Translations under genes and position numbers: made by a program
Source: Candidatus Fermentimicrarchaeum limneticum
GTDB lineage: Archaea > Micrarchaeota > Micrarchaeia > Burarchaeales > Fermentimicrarchaeaceae
Reading direction: 5' to 3'
DNA: 64,000 nt
Assembly: GCA_013426015.1 (NCBI GenBank)
Contig: CP058998.1
Location: 920,142 to 984,141 of the forward strand
The notes under the pieces: generated by a model
What the model saw: only the letters and a program-made list of their open reading frames with translations
What the model was told of the DNA's origin: nothing
Database searches by the model: none
Shown here: positions 35,088-43,938 of the stretch, piece after piece
How the letters are laid out: every line of letters begins with the position of its first letter
How positions within the stretch are numbered: the stretch's first letter is position 1

Positions 35088-35645
35088 TCATGCACCAAAA
35101 GCGATTTTCCTGTATACTTCGGACACTTCGCTCCTCGCTATTTTTTCAATTTTTTCGTCAGCTTCCTTTACCGCCTTGCCGAACGCGTCCTCGGCCTCAG
35201 AATCGCTCATATTGGAGAACCCCCCTCCCCTCCCAGCATCCCTCAGGCAGTACGCGACAGCAAGAATCTTCCTCGCCTGCTTTGACATAGAGTCAATAAT
35301 ACCTGCCTTCCTGACCACACCGTCCCTCGCCCTGCTCACCTTTCCCATATCATCCGCGTTGTCCAGCGCATCCACCCACTCCTTCTTCATCTGCGCAAGA
35401 ATAAGCGAGAGTTCAGCCGCAACCTCCTTTTCCAGGAATAGGGCGAATTCCCGCTCATTGACGCCTGCACGCCCAAGCTTCCTGCCAAGGCCGGCCAGCA
35501 GATTCTTCGCGCCCTCCTTACCGCCGAGTTCCTGTTGCAATCCTTCGAATAGGTTCTTCATCTTTCTCTGCTGCAAACTGTCAATCTCCTCCCGCATGCC
35601 CTCTGGCTTAGCAGCTGAAACATGGTGCATGCAGGAATTATGCAC
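35088..35645 (-). CDS. hypothetical helical protein
   Basis: 185-aa ORF, charged and helical, with no recognisable motif. It is co-oriented and adjacent to the Zot-like NTPase. Confidence 0.4.
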   Translation of the reverse strand: MHNSCMHHVSAAKPEGMREEIDSLQQRKMKNLFEGLQQELGGKEGAKNLLAGLGRKLGRAGVNEREFALFLEKEVAAELSLILAQMKKEWVDALDNADDMGKVSRARDGVVRKAGIIDSMSKQARKILAVAYCLRDAGRGGGFSNMSDSEAEDAFGKAVKEADEKIEKIARSEVSEVYRKIAFGA

Positions 35646-35667
35646 TTAAAAATATTTAAATCAACAG

Positions 35668-36336
35668 CTACTCAAACCCCTTCTTCTTGCCCCACCCTGC
35701 CGTATCCTGCGTCCACTCCAGCACCACTCCCTCCTGCTCCTTGCTTATTATCTTCTTTGCAGTCGCCCTTTTCACCAAAGTGGTTATGTCCGTTAACGGA
35801 ATGAGCTCCACCCCCTCTGCCTTGAAACCTTCCACTGACTTGGGCATCTGGTAGGTGAATATCACCACACAGTGCGTGGGCTTCGCACCTGCCGCCTTCG
35901 CTGCTTTCACTGCATTCAGAGAACTGCCCCCTTGGCTCACCAAATCCTCTATGACGACAACTCTGGCATTCTTCTCCAATCGCCCCTCAATCAGGTTCTG
36001 CTTCCCGTGCTCCTTCTCCTCCTTCCTCACATACACCATCGGTTTTTTTATCCTTTCAGCAAGCCAGGCTGCGTGCGGTATCCCCGAAGAGGCAACCGCT
36101 GCCAGGCAATCAACGTTCTGCAGCCCAACTCCTTCCCTCAGCACCTTCTCGAAGGCATCTATAACTTCCTCCCTTTCCTTCACATGCGACATCAGCAGCC
36201 TGCAGTCCGTGTAAATGGGGCTGAGTATCCCGGATGCATACCTGTAAGGCTTCTGCGGACTCAGCGTCACAGCCCCTATGTCCAGCAGGATGTCGGCAAT
36301 CCTCTCCTTGCTCATGCAATCACCTACTCCCTCCAC
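35668..36336 (-). CDS. pyrE: orotate phosphoribosyltransferase
   Basis: Contains the PRPP loop VVVIEDLVSQGGS. The likely true start is the Met of MSKERIADILLDIGAV at 36315. Confidence 0.88.
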   Translation of the reverse strand: MEGVGDCMSKERIADILLDIGAVTLSPQKPYRYASGILSPIYTDCRLLMSHVKEREEVIDAFEKVLREGVGLQNVDCLAAVASSGIPHAAWLAERIKKPMVYVRKEEKEHGKQNLIEGRLEKNARVVVIEDLVSQGGSSLNAVKAAKAAGAKPTHCVVIFTYQMPKSVEGFKAEGVELIPLTDITTLVKRATAKKIISKEQEGVVLEWTQDTAGWGKKKGFE

Positions 36337-37136
36337 GCATAATACTCGCTCAGACCAACTTTCTTCCCGTACTTCAACCTTGCAAACCTCCCAAACTCAC
36401 TCATTCTTGAAAGCTGTTTTGATGAGAAGACAGGCCCGTCAACACATACCCTGTAACCATCCACAGCGCAGCTCCCGCACACACCCAAACCGCAGTGCAT
36501 ATACCTCTCCAGCGAGAGCTGGCATTCCACCCTGTTTTTTCTGCATATTTCAAAAACCCTCTTCAGCATCATCTCTGGCCCGCACCCATAAACAACATCA
36601 ACCCTGCATTTTTCGATAACCTCCTCAAGAATATCGCTTGCGAAGCATTTCCTGCCGCACGAGCCGTCATCAGTGGTGTGTTCCACCTTGCAAACCTTCT
36701 CCATCCTCTCCCTGAAAATGAGCTTCTCCTTTGTTGCCGCGCCCATTATGATGATAGGCTTCTTCCTTGCAAGCTTCTCTGCGAGAGGGGCAAGCGGTGC
36801 GATTCCAATACCACCAGCGATTATGCACGGCCTCTTGCATACGTCAACATCAAAACCATTCCCGTAAGGGCCCCCCACCCCGATATAGTCGCCTTTCTTC
36901 AGTTTGAAAATCTCATCCGTGAACTTCCCCCTCCTCTGCACTGTTACAGCCGCTTCTCCATCCATGTAGGAAAGCGCATATGGTTTCTCATCCACTCCCG
37001 GCAGCCACACCATCACGAACTGGCCGGGTATCGCCCCAGGCACGTTATCCTCTAGGAAAATCGTCCTGACTTCCTCACTCTCCTTCACAACCTTTCTCAC
37101 TCTGTTTGAAACTGGCATGTCACTCATGAGCCACAC
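36324..37136 (-). CDS. pyrK: dihydroorotate dehydrogenase electron-transfer subunit
   Basis: 270 aa. It has an FAD/NAD-binding fold (KPYALS, GGIGIAP) and the C-terminal 2Fe-2S motif CGLGVCGSCAV. Confidence 0.88.
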   Translation of the reverse strand: MWLMSDMPVSNRVRKVVKESEEVRTIFLEDNVPGAIPGQFVMVWLPGVDEKPYALSYMDGEAAVTVQRRGKFTDEIFKLKKGDYIGVGGPYGNGFDVDVCKRPCIIAGGIGIAPLAPLAEKLARKKPIIIMGAATKEKLIFRERMEKVCKVEHTTDDGSCGRKCFASDILEEVIEKCRVDVVYGCGPEMMLKRVFEICRKNRVECQLSLERYMHCGLGVCGSCAVDGYRVCVDGPVFSSKQLSRMSEFGRFARLKYGKKVGLSEYYAWRE

Positions 37137-38040
37137 CGATCAATTTTTTCACATCCTTGTAGCCGTTCTCCTTCATCCAGATTTTCATCTCCTCGCAAAC
37201 CTTTTTGAAAACATCAATCCCCCTGTAGTAAATCCCGCTTCCAATCCCAACCGCGGTTGCACCTGCCTGCATCAGCTCAATCACATCCCTCCCCTCAGTG
37301 ACTCCGCCTATCCCGAGGATTGGTATGTCAACCACCTCGTAAATATCATAGACGCATCTCACTGCAATCGGCCTTATCGCGGGACCGGAAATTCCTCCCC
37401 TCTTGTAATCTAGCACAGGCTTTTTTGCTTCAATGTTAATCAGCATGCCCGGCCCCACGGTGTTTATGGCGGCAATCGCATCCGCACCTGCCTCCTCGCA
37501 TGCCTTTGCAACCCTGCCAACATCCAATGCCTGCGATGTCAGCTTCGGCATTACAGGAACCTTGCCTGCAACATCCTTTACCGCGGCAACAACTTCAGCA
37601 GAATGCTTCTCGCTGCAACCGAAAACCATACCCTCTGCCTTCGTGTTCGGGCAGGAGACGTTCAGTTCAATAACCGCGGGGTTGTATCCTGCAACAGCCT
37701 CTGCAACCTCTCGGAACTCCTCAACCGATGCCCCATAGATGCTCACAAAGACAGGAGCGCCAACCTCCTTCATCCTTGCAAGCTCTCCTTCCATATCCTT
37801 GTAACCCGGCGATGGCAGCCCCACGGCGTTTATCATTCCCCACTCATAAGCTAAGACAGTGGGGTTCCTGTGCCCGCTCTTCACCTTCGGACCGATTGAC
37901 TTGAAAGTTACGGCTCCAGCCCCCTCCTGGACGACCCGCTTCAGCATTTCAACATTGACGCCAAGGAAGCCTGAGGAAAGAACAGTGGGATTCCTCATCC
38001 TCGCCCCGCAAAATGAGACCGAAATATCCACTAAGTTCAC
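37120..38040 (-). CDS. pyrD: dihydroorotate dehydrogenase 1B, catalytic subunit
   Basis: 306 aa. Contains NVSCPN, GGISGPAIRPIAV and GIGGV. Confidence 0.9.
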   Translation of the reverse strand: MNLVDISVSFCGARMRNPTVLSSGFLGVNVEMLKRVVQEGAGAVTFKSIGPKVKSGHRNPTVLAYEWGMINAVGLPSPGYKDMEGELARMKEVGAPVFVSIYGASVEEFREVAEAVAGYNPAVIELNVSCPNTKAEGMVFGCSEKHSAEVVAAVKDVAGKVPVMPKLTSQALDVGRVAKACEEAGADAIAAINTVGPGMLINIEAKKPVLDYKRGGISGPAIRPIAVRCVYDIYEVVDIPILGIGGVTEGRDVIELMQAGATAVGIGSGIYYRGIDVFKKVCEEMKIWMKENGYKDVKKLIGVAHE

Positions 38041-38082
38041 CCCTTAGACTTACAGAAGTAGGGAATAAAAGCTTACCGCAGC

Positions 38083-38283
38083 TCAAAGTTCCGCGTACCT
38101 GAGAACTTCCTGCTTCTCCTCATTTGTCAGCTTCTTGCTCTGCAGCACATTTTCCTTAAAATCAGCATCGAACTGCTCCTCCTGAGTTGCATTGCTACTG
38201 AGGAACTTTAGGCGTATATCATGCTTTTCTATGTGTCCGTCCCACATTTCAATTATGCGCTGCTTCTCATCAGAACTCATCAA
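38083..38283 (-). CDS. small hypothetical protein
   Basis: 66-aa acidic helical ORF with no motif. Confidence 0.35.
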   Translation of the reverse strand: MMSSDEKQRIIEMWDGHIEKHDIRLKFLSSNATQEEQFDADFKENVLQSKKLTNEEKQEVLRYAEL

Positions 38284-38335
38284 CTAGCCTCCATGGACAA
38301 GTTATGGACGTCGAACAATATAATACAATGCCTCA

Positions 38336-38881
38336 TCAGATATCGTAAGGCCTTACTTCCTCAAAGCTGACCACGAACTTCTTCTTCGGGCATTTCTCAA
38401 CAGTATCCCTTGCCCTTCCCCCGAGGCTCCTCAATGAGGCGATGAATAAAACCAATTCTCTTCCCCTACCCCTCTTCTCAGCCTCAGCAGCCCTGCCTAT
38501 CAGCGACTCCACCTCGCTCTCAGTAACCTCCTCACCCCATTTCACTTCTCCCAGAATAAGGTACTTTGAGCTTACTCCTATCGCGTCAAAGCAGGCATCA
38601 CCCCAAGTTATTCCGGCGACCTCAGAGGGAGGGACAATAAAACCAGCGTGAACCAATGCATCCCTCACCCTGTCCCTTGCGAATTTTTCCATCTTCTCCA
38701 CTTCGGCAATCTTCCCGTTCTCAAGCAGGACTTCCTGATAGTTGCCTGTGTACTCCAGAGCAGAAATGATTTTTCTCTTAAGAACAGAAATAGGGTCGTC
38801 TATCTCCGCCTTTACCTTATTGAATACTTTCTCAGGCTCCTCCCTCGCCACCCTGCTCTTCAGCACGGCAAGCAGACCCAA
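38336..38881 (-). CDS. hypothetical protein with a PD-(D/E)xK nuclease-like C-terminal half (DUF234-like)
   Basis: 181 aa. FDAIGVSSKYLILGEVKWGEEV fits a D...E-x-K motif as found in the C-terminal domain of archaeal DUF234 ATPases. Confidence 0.35.
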   Translation of the reverse strand: MGLLAVLKSRVAREEPEKVFNKVKAEIDDPISVLKRKIISALEYTGNYQEVLLENGKIAEVEKMEKFARDRVRDALVHAGFIVPPSEVAGITWGDACFDAIGVSSKYLILGEVKWGEEVTESEVESLIGRAAEAEKRGRGRELVLFIASLRSLGGRARDTVEKCPKKKFVVSFEEVRPYDI

Positions 38882-39044
38882 CCTACCACCCCCTTCAAGC
38901 GACCTTCCTGCCGCTGCAGCTTAGAATATAGCGAAAGGTATATATATAACTTTCGTTTCTTTAGACTAATTACAGTTTATTATACGCAATACACCCCAAT
39001 ATACAGAATAGTATTTAAAATACAGAAACCATAACCTATTCAGG

Positions 39045-39395
39045 GTGAATATGGGGAGACAGGCAAACAACCAGGGTGAGCATAAATGGCGCCATCTCAG
39101 GGTGCTGGTGAAGCCCCAGAACCAGGCGATAATACATTTGCTTAGCGACGGCAAGCCCCGCATGCCTGTCGAGATATGCCGGGAGCTGAAGGAGTTCCCC
39201 AAGGCCACTCTGTATATAGCGATGAGGGAGCTTGTGATGAAGAAGATTCTCATACCGAAGATAATTGTGGAAAAGGGAAAAAAGAGGAAGACGCTTACCG
39301 ACATACTGGGCTACACACTGGACCCGGATGTCTCTGAATTGATAAAACTGCTGAATGAGGCCGACAAGCTGGCTGAGAACATATCCATGAGGTAG
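39045..39395 (+). CDS. winged-helix DNA-binding protein (ArsR/TrmB-like), first gene of the V4R operon
   Basis: 116 aa. NQAIIHLLSDGKPRMPVEICRELKEFPKATLYIAMRELVMKKIL is present. The ATG at 39051 is an alternative to the GTG at 39045. Its TAG abuts the next ATG (TAGATG). Confidence 0.6.
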   Translation: MNMGRQANNQGEHKWRHLRVLVKPQNQAIIHLLSDGKPRMPVEICRELKEFPKATLYIAMRELVMKKILIPKIIVEKGKKRKTLTDILGYTLDPDVSELIKLLNEADKLAENISMR

Positions 39396-39905
39396 ATGGG
39401 TTTGAAAGGAATGATATCAATTGAAAAGGGCCTTGTCGTGGTTGCAGGAGAGAGGTCAGTCCTCATACCTCCCAGCTTCATAACACTGCTCCAGGATAGG
39501 GTGATGAAGGAGAAAGGAGAGAAATGGAGGGAGATATTCTACGAAGCGGGAAAGAAGGCGATGGACAATCTGGCACCGACTTACAAACTAATTATGCTCA
39601 TCCCGAGGAATTCTGCTTCGAAGAAAAAATTGATTGAAGAGCTGGTCGAAATCTGGTCTTGGATGAGCTGCGGAAGACCGGAAGTTACGAAAATTGACCT
39701 GAGAAACAACCACTTCACCTTCAGAGTCTACGGCTCCACTATTGCTAAACCATATCTAGGTAGAGGAGAAATGATGTGCGACTACCTGGCAGGGATGGTG
39801 GCTGGAGGATTTGGAAGTATAATCGGGGAGTCTTTGAAATGCAGGGAGGTTAAATGCATCGCAAACGGAAATGAATTCTGTGAGTTTGAAGTAACAGGTG
39901 TATGA
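39396..39905 (+). CDS. stand-alone V4R-domain protein, paralog 1
   Basis: 169 aa. The C-terminus is MCDYLAGMVAGG...KCREVKCIANGNEFCEFEV and the N-terminal segment is GEKWREIFYEAGK. Confidence 0.65.
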   Translation: MGLKGMISIEKGLVVVAGERSVLIPPSFITLLQDRVMKEKGEKWREIFYEAGKKAMDNLAPTYKLIMLIPRNSASKKKLIEELVEIWSWMSCGRPEVTKIDLRNNHFTFRVYGSTIAKPYLGRGEMMCDYLAGMVAGGFGSIIGESLKCREVKCIANGNEFCEFEVTGV

Positions 39906-39906
39906 C

Positions 39907-40473
39907 ATGGCTGACTACGTCCAGAAGAAACGGAAGGAGCTGTTCCTCTTCGGCGAGCAGCTTTCTGTGCTGGATGTCCGAAGCTTCTACTATCTCAAAA
40001 AGGAGCTTGGAAGGAGTGTCAGAAATTCCAACGAGCTTCTCTATGATGCTGGGAAAGACGCGGTTCAGAAGATGCAGTCCAGCTTCGTCAAGTTCCTAGG
40101 GGACAGCGCCAGAGTGCTGATGTCAGATCCAGAGAATGCCTTGAACGAGTTTGTAGAAGTTCTGAACTATCTAGGATTGGGAGAAATATCCATCCCAGAA
40201 TCCGGCCTCAAAACAATTAAGTTCGTGGTGAGGCATTCTGCAGAGGCGCAGGAATATGTGAATCTGAAGGAGAGGAGCAAGTCTCCGGTGTGTTATGCTC
40301 TTGCAGGAATTTTTGCGGGAGTTTGTGAGGGGATACTGCAAAATCCAGTTGAATGCAAAGAGACAAGATGCATTGCTTGTGGAGAGGAGGTTTGCGAGTT
40401 TGTCATTCCGAGTGGTGATGACATAATACTTACACGAGGTGGTGGGGATGATAGACAAGGACATAAAGCATGA
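39907..40473 (+). CDS. stand-alone V4R-domain protein, paralog 2
   Basis: Contains SPVCYALAGIFAGV...ECKETRCIACGEEVCEFVI. The ATG lies 1 nt after the paralog 1 TGA. The track start is the GTG at 39898. Confidence 0.65.
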   Translation: MADYVQKKRKELFLFGEQLSVLDVRSFYYLKKELGRSVRNSNELLYDAGKDAVQKMQSSFVKFLGDSARVLMSDPENALNEFVEVLNYLGLGEISIPESGLKTIKFVVRHSAEAQEYVNLKERSKSPVCYALAGIFAGVCEGILQNPVECKETRCIACGEEVCEFVIPSGDDIILTRGGGDDRQGHKA

Positions 40474-40978
40474 GGTAATTATTGAGGATGGGAAGACGAC
40501 TATTGCTGGGCAGAGAGCAATGCTGCTTTCTGTCAAGACAATAGCCACCCAGCAGAAGGAGCTGGAAAGGCTTGTTGGCGAAAAGTGGGGCGAAGTAGTT
40601 TACGAAGCAGAGAGGAAGGCAATACAGGAGGCAGCCCTGCAGATTTTCGGTCTGAAGCAGCTGGATTCCTTCACGAAGGGCAAAACATTCGACAAGAAGA
40701 GAATGGTTGATACCCTAGTTGATATATTCAACTGCGCCGGCTATGGTGTTTTAAAACTGAAGAAATTTGATGAGAAGAAGCCCTACGCACTTGTGACTAT
40801 GGAGAAGTCAACAATCCCTCAGGAGTATGAGAAGAGGAACTCTCCAGTCTGCTTCAGGGTTGCAGGCATACTCGCCGGAGGTGCCGAAGCGGTGTTCATG
40901 GTGCCCATGAAGTGCAAGGAGACGAAATGCATGTCGATGGGCGATTCGCATTGTGAGTTTGAGATAAGCAGAAGGTGA
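40448..40978 (+). CDS. stand-alone V4R-domain protein, paralog 3
   Basis: Contains SPVCFRVAGILAGG...KCKETKCMSMGDSHCEFEI. The ATG at 40448 is preceded by GAGGTGGTGGGG. The track start is the GTG at 40439. It overlaps the 3' end of paralog 2. Confidence 0.65.
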   Translation: MIDKDIKHEVIIEDGKTTIAGQRAMLLSVKTIATQQKELERLVGEKWGEVVYEAERKAIQEAALQIFGLKQLDSFTKGKTFDKKRMVDTLVDIFNCAGYGVLKLKKFDEKKPYALVTMEKSTIPQEYEKRNSPVCFRVAGILAGGAEAVFMVPMKCKETKCMSMGDSHCEFEISRR

Positions 40979-41538
40979 ATAAATTGAAAGACATGGCAGA
41001 AACCATAAAGTTGGAAGAAGGGAAAGTTACCATGTGCGGTATGCCCATAGTATTTGTCTTCACAAAGTCTGTCTACTACATGCAGAAAGAGTTGGAAAGA
41101 GCGCTAGGTGAGAAGTGGAAGAGAATGATGTACGAATGCGGCAAGAATGATGCAATGATTACCGTATCGGGCTTTTTTTCGCTGTTCCAGAATGAGAATA
41201 AGATAAAAGAACTGCTGCTTGTTGGCAAACCAGACCCCCTGAATAAAGCCGAATCTATGCAGTTCTTTACGAACCAATTCAATAAAATGGGTCTCGGTAG
41301 AGTGGAGATGGCAGAAACAGATGTCAACAAACTATCTTTTATCCTGAGATTCCATTTCAGTCCAGTTGCACAGGCCTATCTGGAACATGAGAAAGGCACT
41401 GAACCAGTATGCCACTATTTCTCGGGTTTGTGGTCCGGTGCATCCTCAACTTTCTACCCTGGCCTAGAAGCTGTTGAAAAGAAGTGCATTTCACGAGGAG
41501 ACCCCTACTGTGAGTTTGAAGTAAAGATGAGGCGATGA
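40975..41538 (+). CDS. stand-alone V4R-domain protein, paralog 4
   Basis: Contains EPVCHYFSGLWSGA...EKKCISRGDPYCEFEV. Start candidates are GTG 40975 (GTGA overlap), TTG 40984 and ATG 40993. The N-terminus aligns with paralogs 5 and 6. Confidence 0.65.
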   Translation: MNKLKDMAETIKLEEGKVTMCGMPIVFVFTKSVYYMQKELERALGEKWKRMMYECGKNDAMITVSGFFSLFQNENKIKELLLVGKPDPLNKAESMQFFTNQFNKMGLGRVEMAETDVNKLSFILRFHFSPVAQAYLEHEKGTEPVCHYFSGLWSGASSTFYPGLEAVEKKCISRGDPYCEFEVKMRR

Positions 41539-41539
41539 T

Positions 41540-42079
41540 GTGAAACATATGGTTGAATTAATGAAACTTAATGAAGGAAAAATTACGTTGTGTGAGGTAC
41601 CTATAATATTCACCTTTACAAAATCAATGTATTACATGCAAAAAGAACTTGAAAAAATGGCAGGAGAAGCCTGGAAGAGAATATTCTACGATTGCGGCAA
41701 GATTGATGGGATAGGTTGCAATTCAAACTATGTAGGTATTTTCCATAACGACCCAGAATTTCAGAAAATAGCGGCCGATAAATTTAATGCCTTTAGCTTT
41801 TGTGTTGATGAGTTCAACAAGCTTGGAAAAGGAAGATTAGAGATAATAACCACAGATAAGGACAAGCCCCTCTTTGTATTGCGATATTATTTTAGTCCCA
41901 TAGCACTAGCCTACTTAGAACATGAGAGAGCTAACAAACCAGTTTGTTACCATTTTGCAGGAGTATTTGCAGGAGCAGCAAATGTTGTCTATCCAGGCAT
42001 AGAGGTAATCGAAACTAAATGCTTCGCGAAGGGAGATCCCTATTGCGAGTTTATTTTTGAAATACCTAAGAACAGGTGA
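41540..42079 (+). CDS. stand-alone V4R-domain protein, paralog 5 (AT-rich block)
   Basis: 179 aa. Contains KPVCYHFAGVFAGA...ETKCFAKGDPYCEFIF. It is closely related to paralog 6. Confidence 0.65.
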   Translation: MKHMVELMKLNEGKITLCEVPIIFTFTKSMYYMQKELEKMAGEAWKRIFYDCGKIDGIGCNSNYVGIFHNDPEFQKIAADKFNAFSFCVDEFNKLGKGRLEIITTDKDKPLFVLRYYFSPIALAYLEHERANKPVCYHFAGVFAGAANVVYPGIEVIETKCFAKGDPYCEFIFEIPKNR

Positions 42080-42083
42080 TTGT

Positions 42084-42620
42084 ATGAAGCACATGATTGA
42101 CACTCTCAAAATAGAGGAAGGGAAAGTTATGATGTGCAATATGCCCTTCATTATCACATTTACAAAATCAATCTACTATATGCAGAAAGAATTACAAAAA
42201 GTAGCTGGAAATTCTTGGAAGAGAATAGTATACGAATGTGGAAAACTGGATGTAACTGTCTTGCAATCAAATTATTTTGCTATGTTCCATGATGACCCGG
42301 CAGTTAAAAAACTGATTTCTGATAGACGCGCTAGTTTTAAATTCTGTGTTGACGAATTCAATAAAATGGGGAAAGGAAAGCTCGAAATAATCGAAGAAGA
42401 TGCAGACAAATTCAGATTCGTTTTGAGGTTGCATTTCTGTGGGATTGCTCTTGCTTACTTAGAACATGAGACAGTCAGAGAGCCCGTTTGTTATCACTTT
42501 GCAGGTATATTCGCAGCTGGAACAAACACATTCTTTCCGGGTGTTGAAGCAGTTGAAACCAAGTGCGTGGCTAAAGGCGATCCATATTGCGAATTCGTTA
42601 TAGAAGTACCTAAGAACTAA
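42084..42620 (+). CDS. stand-alone V4R-domain protein, paralog 6 (AT-rich block)
   Basis: Contains EPVCYHFAGIFAAG...ETKCVAKGDPYCEFVI. The start is placed at MKHMIDTLK by analogy with paralog 5 (MKHMVELMK). The track start is 42057. Confidence 0.65.
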   Translation: MKHMIDTLKIEEGKVMMCNMPFIITFTKSIYYMQKELQKVAGNSWKRIVYECGKLDVTVLQSNYFAMFHDDPAVKKLISDRRASFKFCVDEFNKMGKGKLEIIEEDADKFRFVLRLHFCGIALAYLEHETVREPVCYHFAGIFAAGTNTFFPGVEAVETKCVAKGDPYCEFVIEVPKN

Positions 42621-42650
42621 CACTTGTTACATAACCCGGCATAAGAATTT

Positions 42651-43796
42651 TTAAATGGACTCTATCATTTTAAGTGTCAATAAAAATAGCCTAGGATTAC
42701 TCAAAAAAACACTAATCAGCTTTACTTTATTATTCATAACAATCTCCTTATTAGAGTGATTGAAGTCTACGCAGTCATCCTGCAGTTTCCTCGCTACTCT
42801 CAGAATTAAATCTAAATCATTATTATCCAACTTCTCCAAAATTCTTTTATTGAACTCTCCTCTTCGTATACTAGGATAAATAGTGTTCTTAACCTGTTCT
42901 TCATAATGTCCCAAATCTTCATTTTCTAAGATACTCTTTCCAGCCAAATATGATGAAATTATAGCGTATTTAAAACCAAAACCAAAACAAGGATCTATGA
43001 GACCTGCCGCTTCGCCAACCAATAATATATTATCTCGTGTTATACTCCTTCTCAGACCACTAATGTTACCTTTACCTTGAAAGTAATTTAATATCCTACC
43101 TCTAGGACGAACCGTATTAATGAATTTTTGGTAGCATAATTTTGCATCCCCCCCGGATACTGCACAAATAGTAGTCAGTTTGTCTGATGCTATGTAAACA
43201 TATCCGCTTTGTAACAAGTCTCTATTAAAGTATAGCTGCGGTGCGGAGTCTCTAAGATTCTCAAATTTTCCAGTAGCTCCGTACGCATATAAATACTTCA
43301 TTCTACTTGCCTCAGGATCTACGAAATACGCAGTCCTCGAGTCTCCACCATCCGCCCCAACAATTACATCTGCCTTATCCTCAAAAGTCCTTCCCCCTTT
43401 ATGATAAATCACTTTACCATCATTTATTCTAACAAAACTAGCATTTGTTATCAGTTCACAACCATTATCTAAAGCTTCCTCACTAAGTTGCATTTCAAGG
43501 AGTGGTCTTTCAAACAAAAAATAATCGATTTCACTCAACCTCAGTCTAAATTCCTCATTCTTTGAATGCCATACCGACTGTCTCCCTATACAAGACGGCT
43601 TTATTCTTAATTTTTCCAGAACCTTATCCAAATTACCTGAATTTTCAACCAGATCTATCTTTCTCTTTACAAACCCAACTTTATTTTTTCTCTCTATAAC
43701 TTTAACTTTCATCCTTTTGGATAATATCCGAGATAGCACTAGCCCAGACAAGCCAGCTCCAACAATAAACACTTCCCCCTCCTTAGCCATACTCAT
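42651..43796 (-). CDS. FAD-dependent oxidoreductase, geranylgeranyl-reductase-like
   Basis: 381 aa. It has the N-terminal dinucleotide fold VFIVGAGLSGLVLSRIL...VKVIERK, a later VIVGADGGDSR, and a GEAAGLIDP motif. Confidence 0.55.
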   Translation of the reverse strand: MSMAKEGEVFIVGAGLSGLVLSRILSKRMKVKVIERKNKVGFVKRKIDLVENSGNLDKVLEKLRIKPSCIGRQSVWHSKNEEFRLRLSEIDYFLFERPLLEMQLSEEALDNGCELITNASFVRINDGKVIYHKGGRTFEDKADVIVGADGGDSRTAYFVDPEASRMKYLYAYGATGKFENLRDSAPQLYFNRDLLQSGYVYIASDKLTTICAVSGGDAKLCYQKFINTVRPRGRILNYFQGKGNISGLRRSITRDNILLVGEAAGLIDPCFGFGFKYAIISSYLAGKSILENEDLGHYEEQVKNTIYPSIRRGEFNKRILEKLDNNDLDLILRVARKLQDDCVDFNHSNKEIVMNNKVKLISVFLSNPRLFLLTLKMIESI

Positions 43797-43938
43797 AGAT
43801 TAATTTAACTTCTTTAAATTATATATGGTGATAAATACTACTCTACGATAGATTTGAATAATACCACTCAAAGTCGTTATCGATTCAATAAGAAACATTT
43901 ATATGTAAAGTTCATATATACTTATAGGTGCGACCACA

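Noticed and set aside
34939-35649. A 236-aa plus-strand ORF, rich in Ser/Pro/Ala.
   Set aside because: It is antisense to two co-oriented minus-strand ORFs, one of which has clear Walker A and B motifs. Its composition is typical of a shadow ORF.
38966-39304. A 112-aa minus-strand ORF overlapping the wHTH gene and its upstream region.
   Set aside because: It is a hydrophobic, low-complexity shadow ORF. The plus-strand wHTH reading is coupled to the V4R operon.
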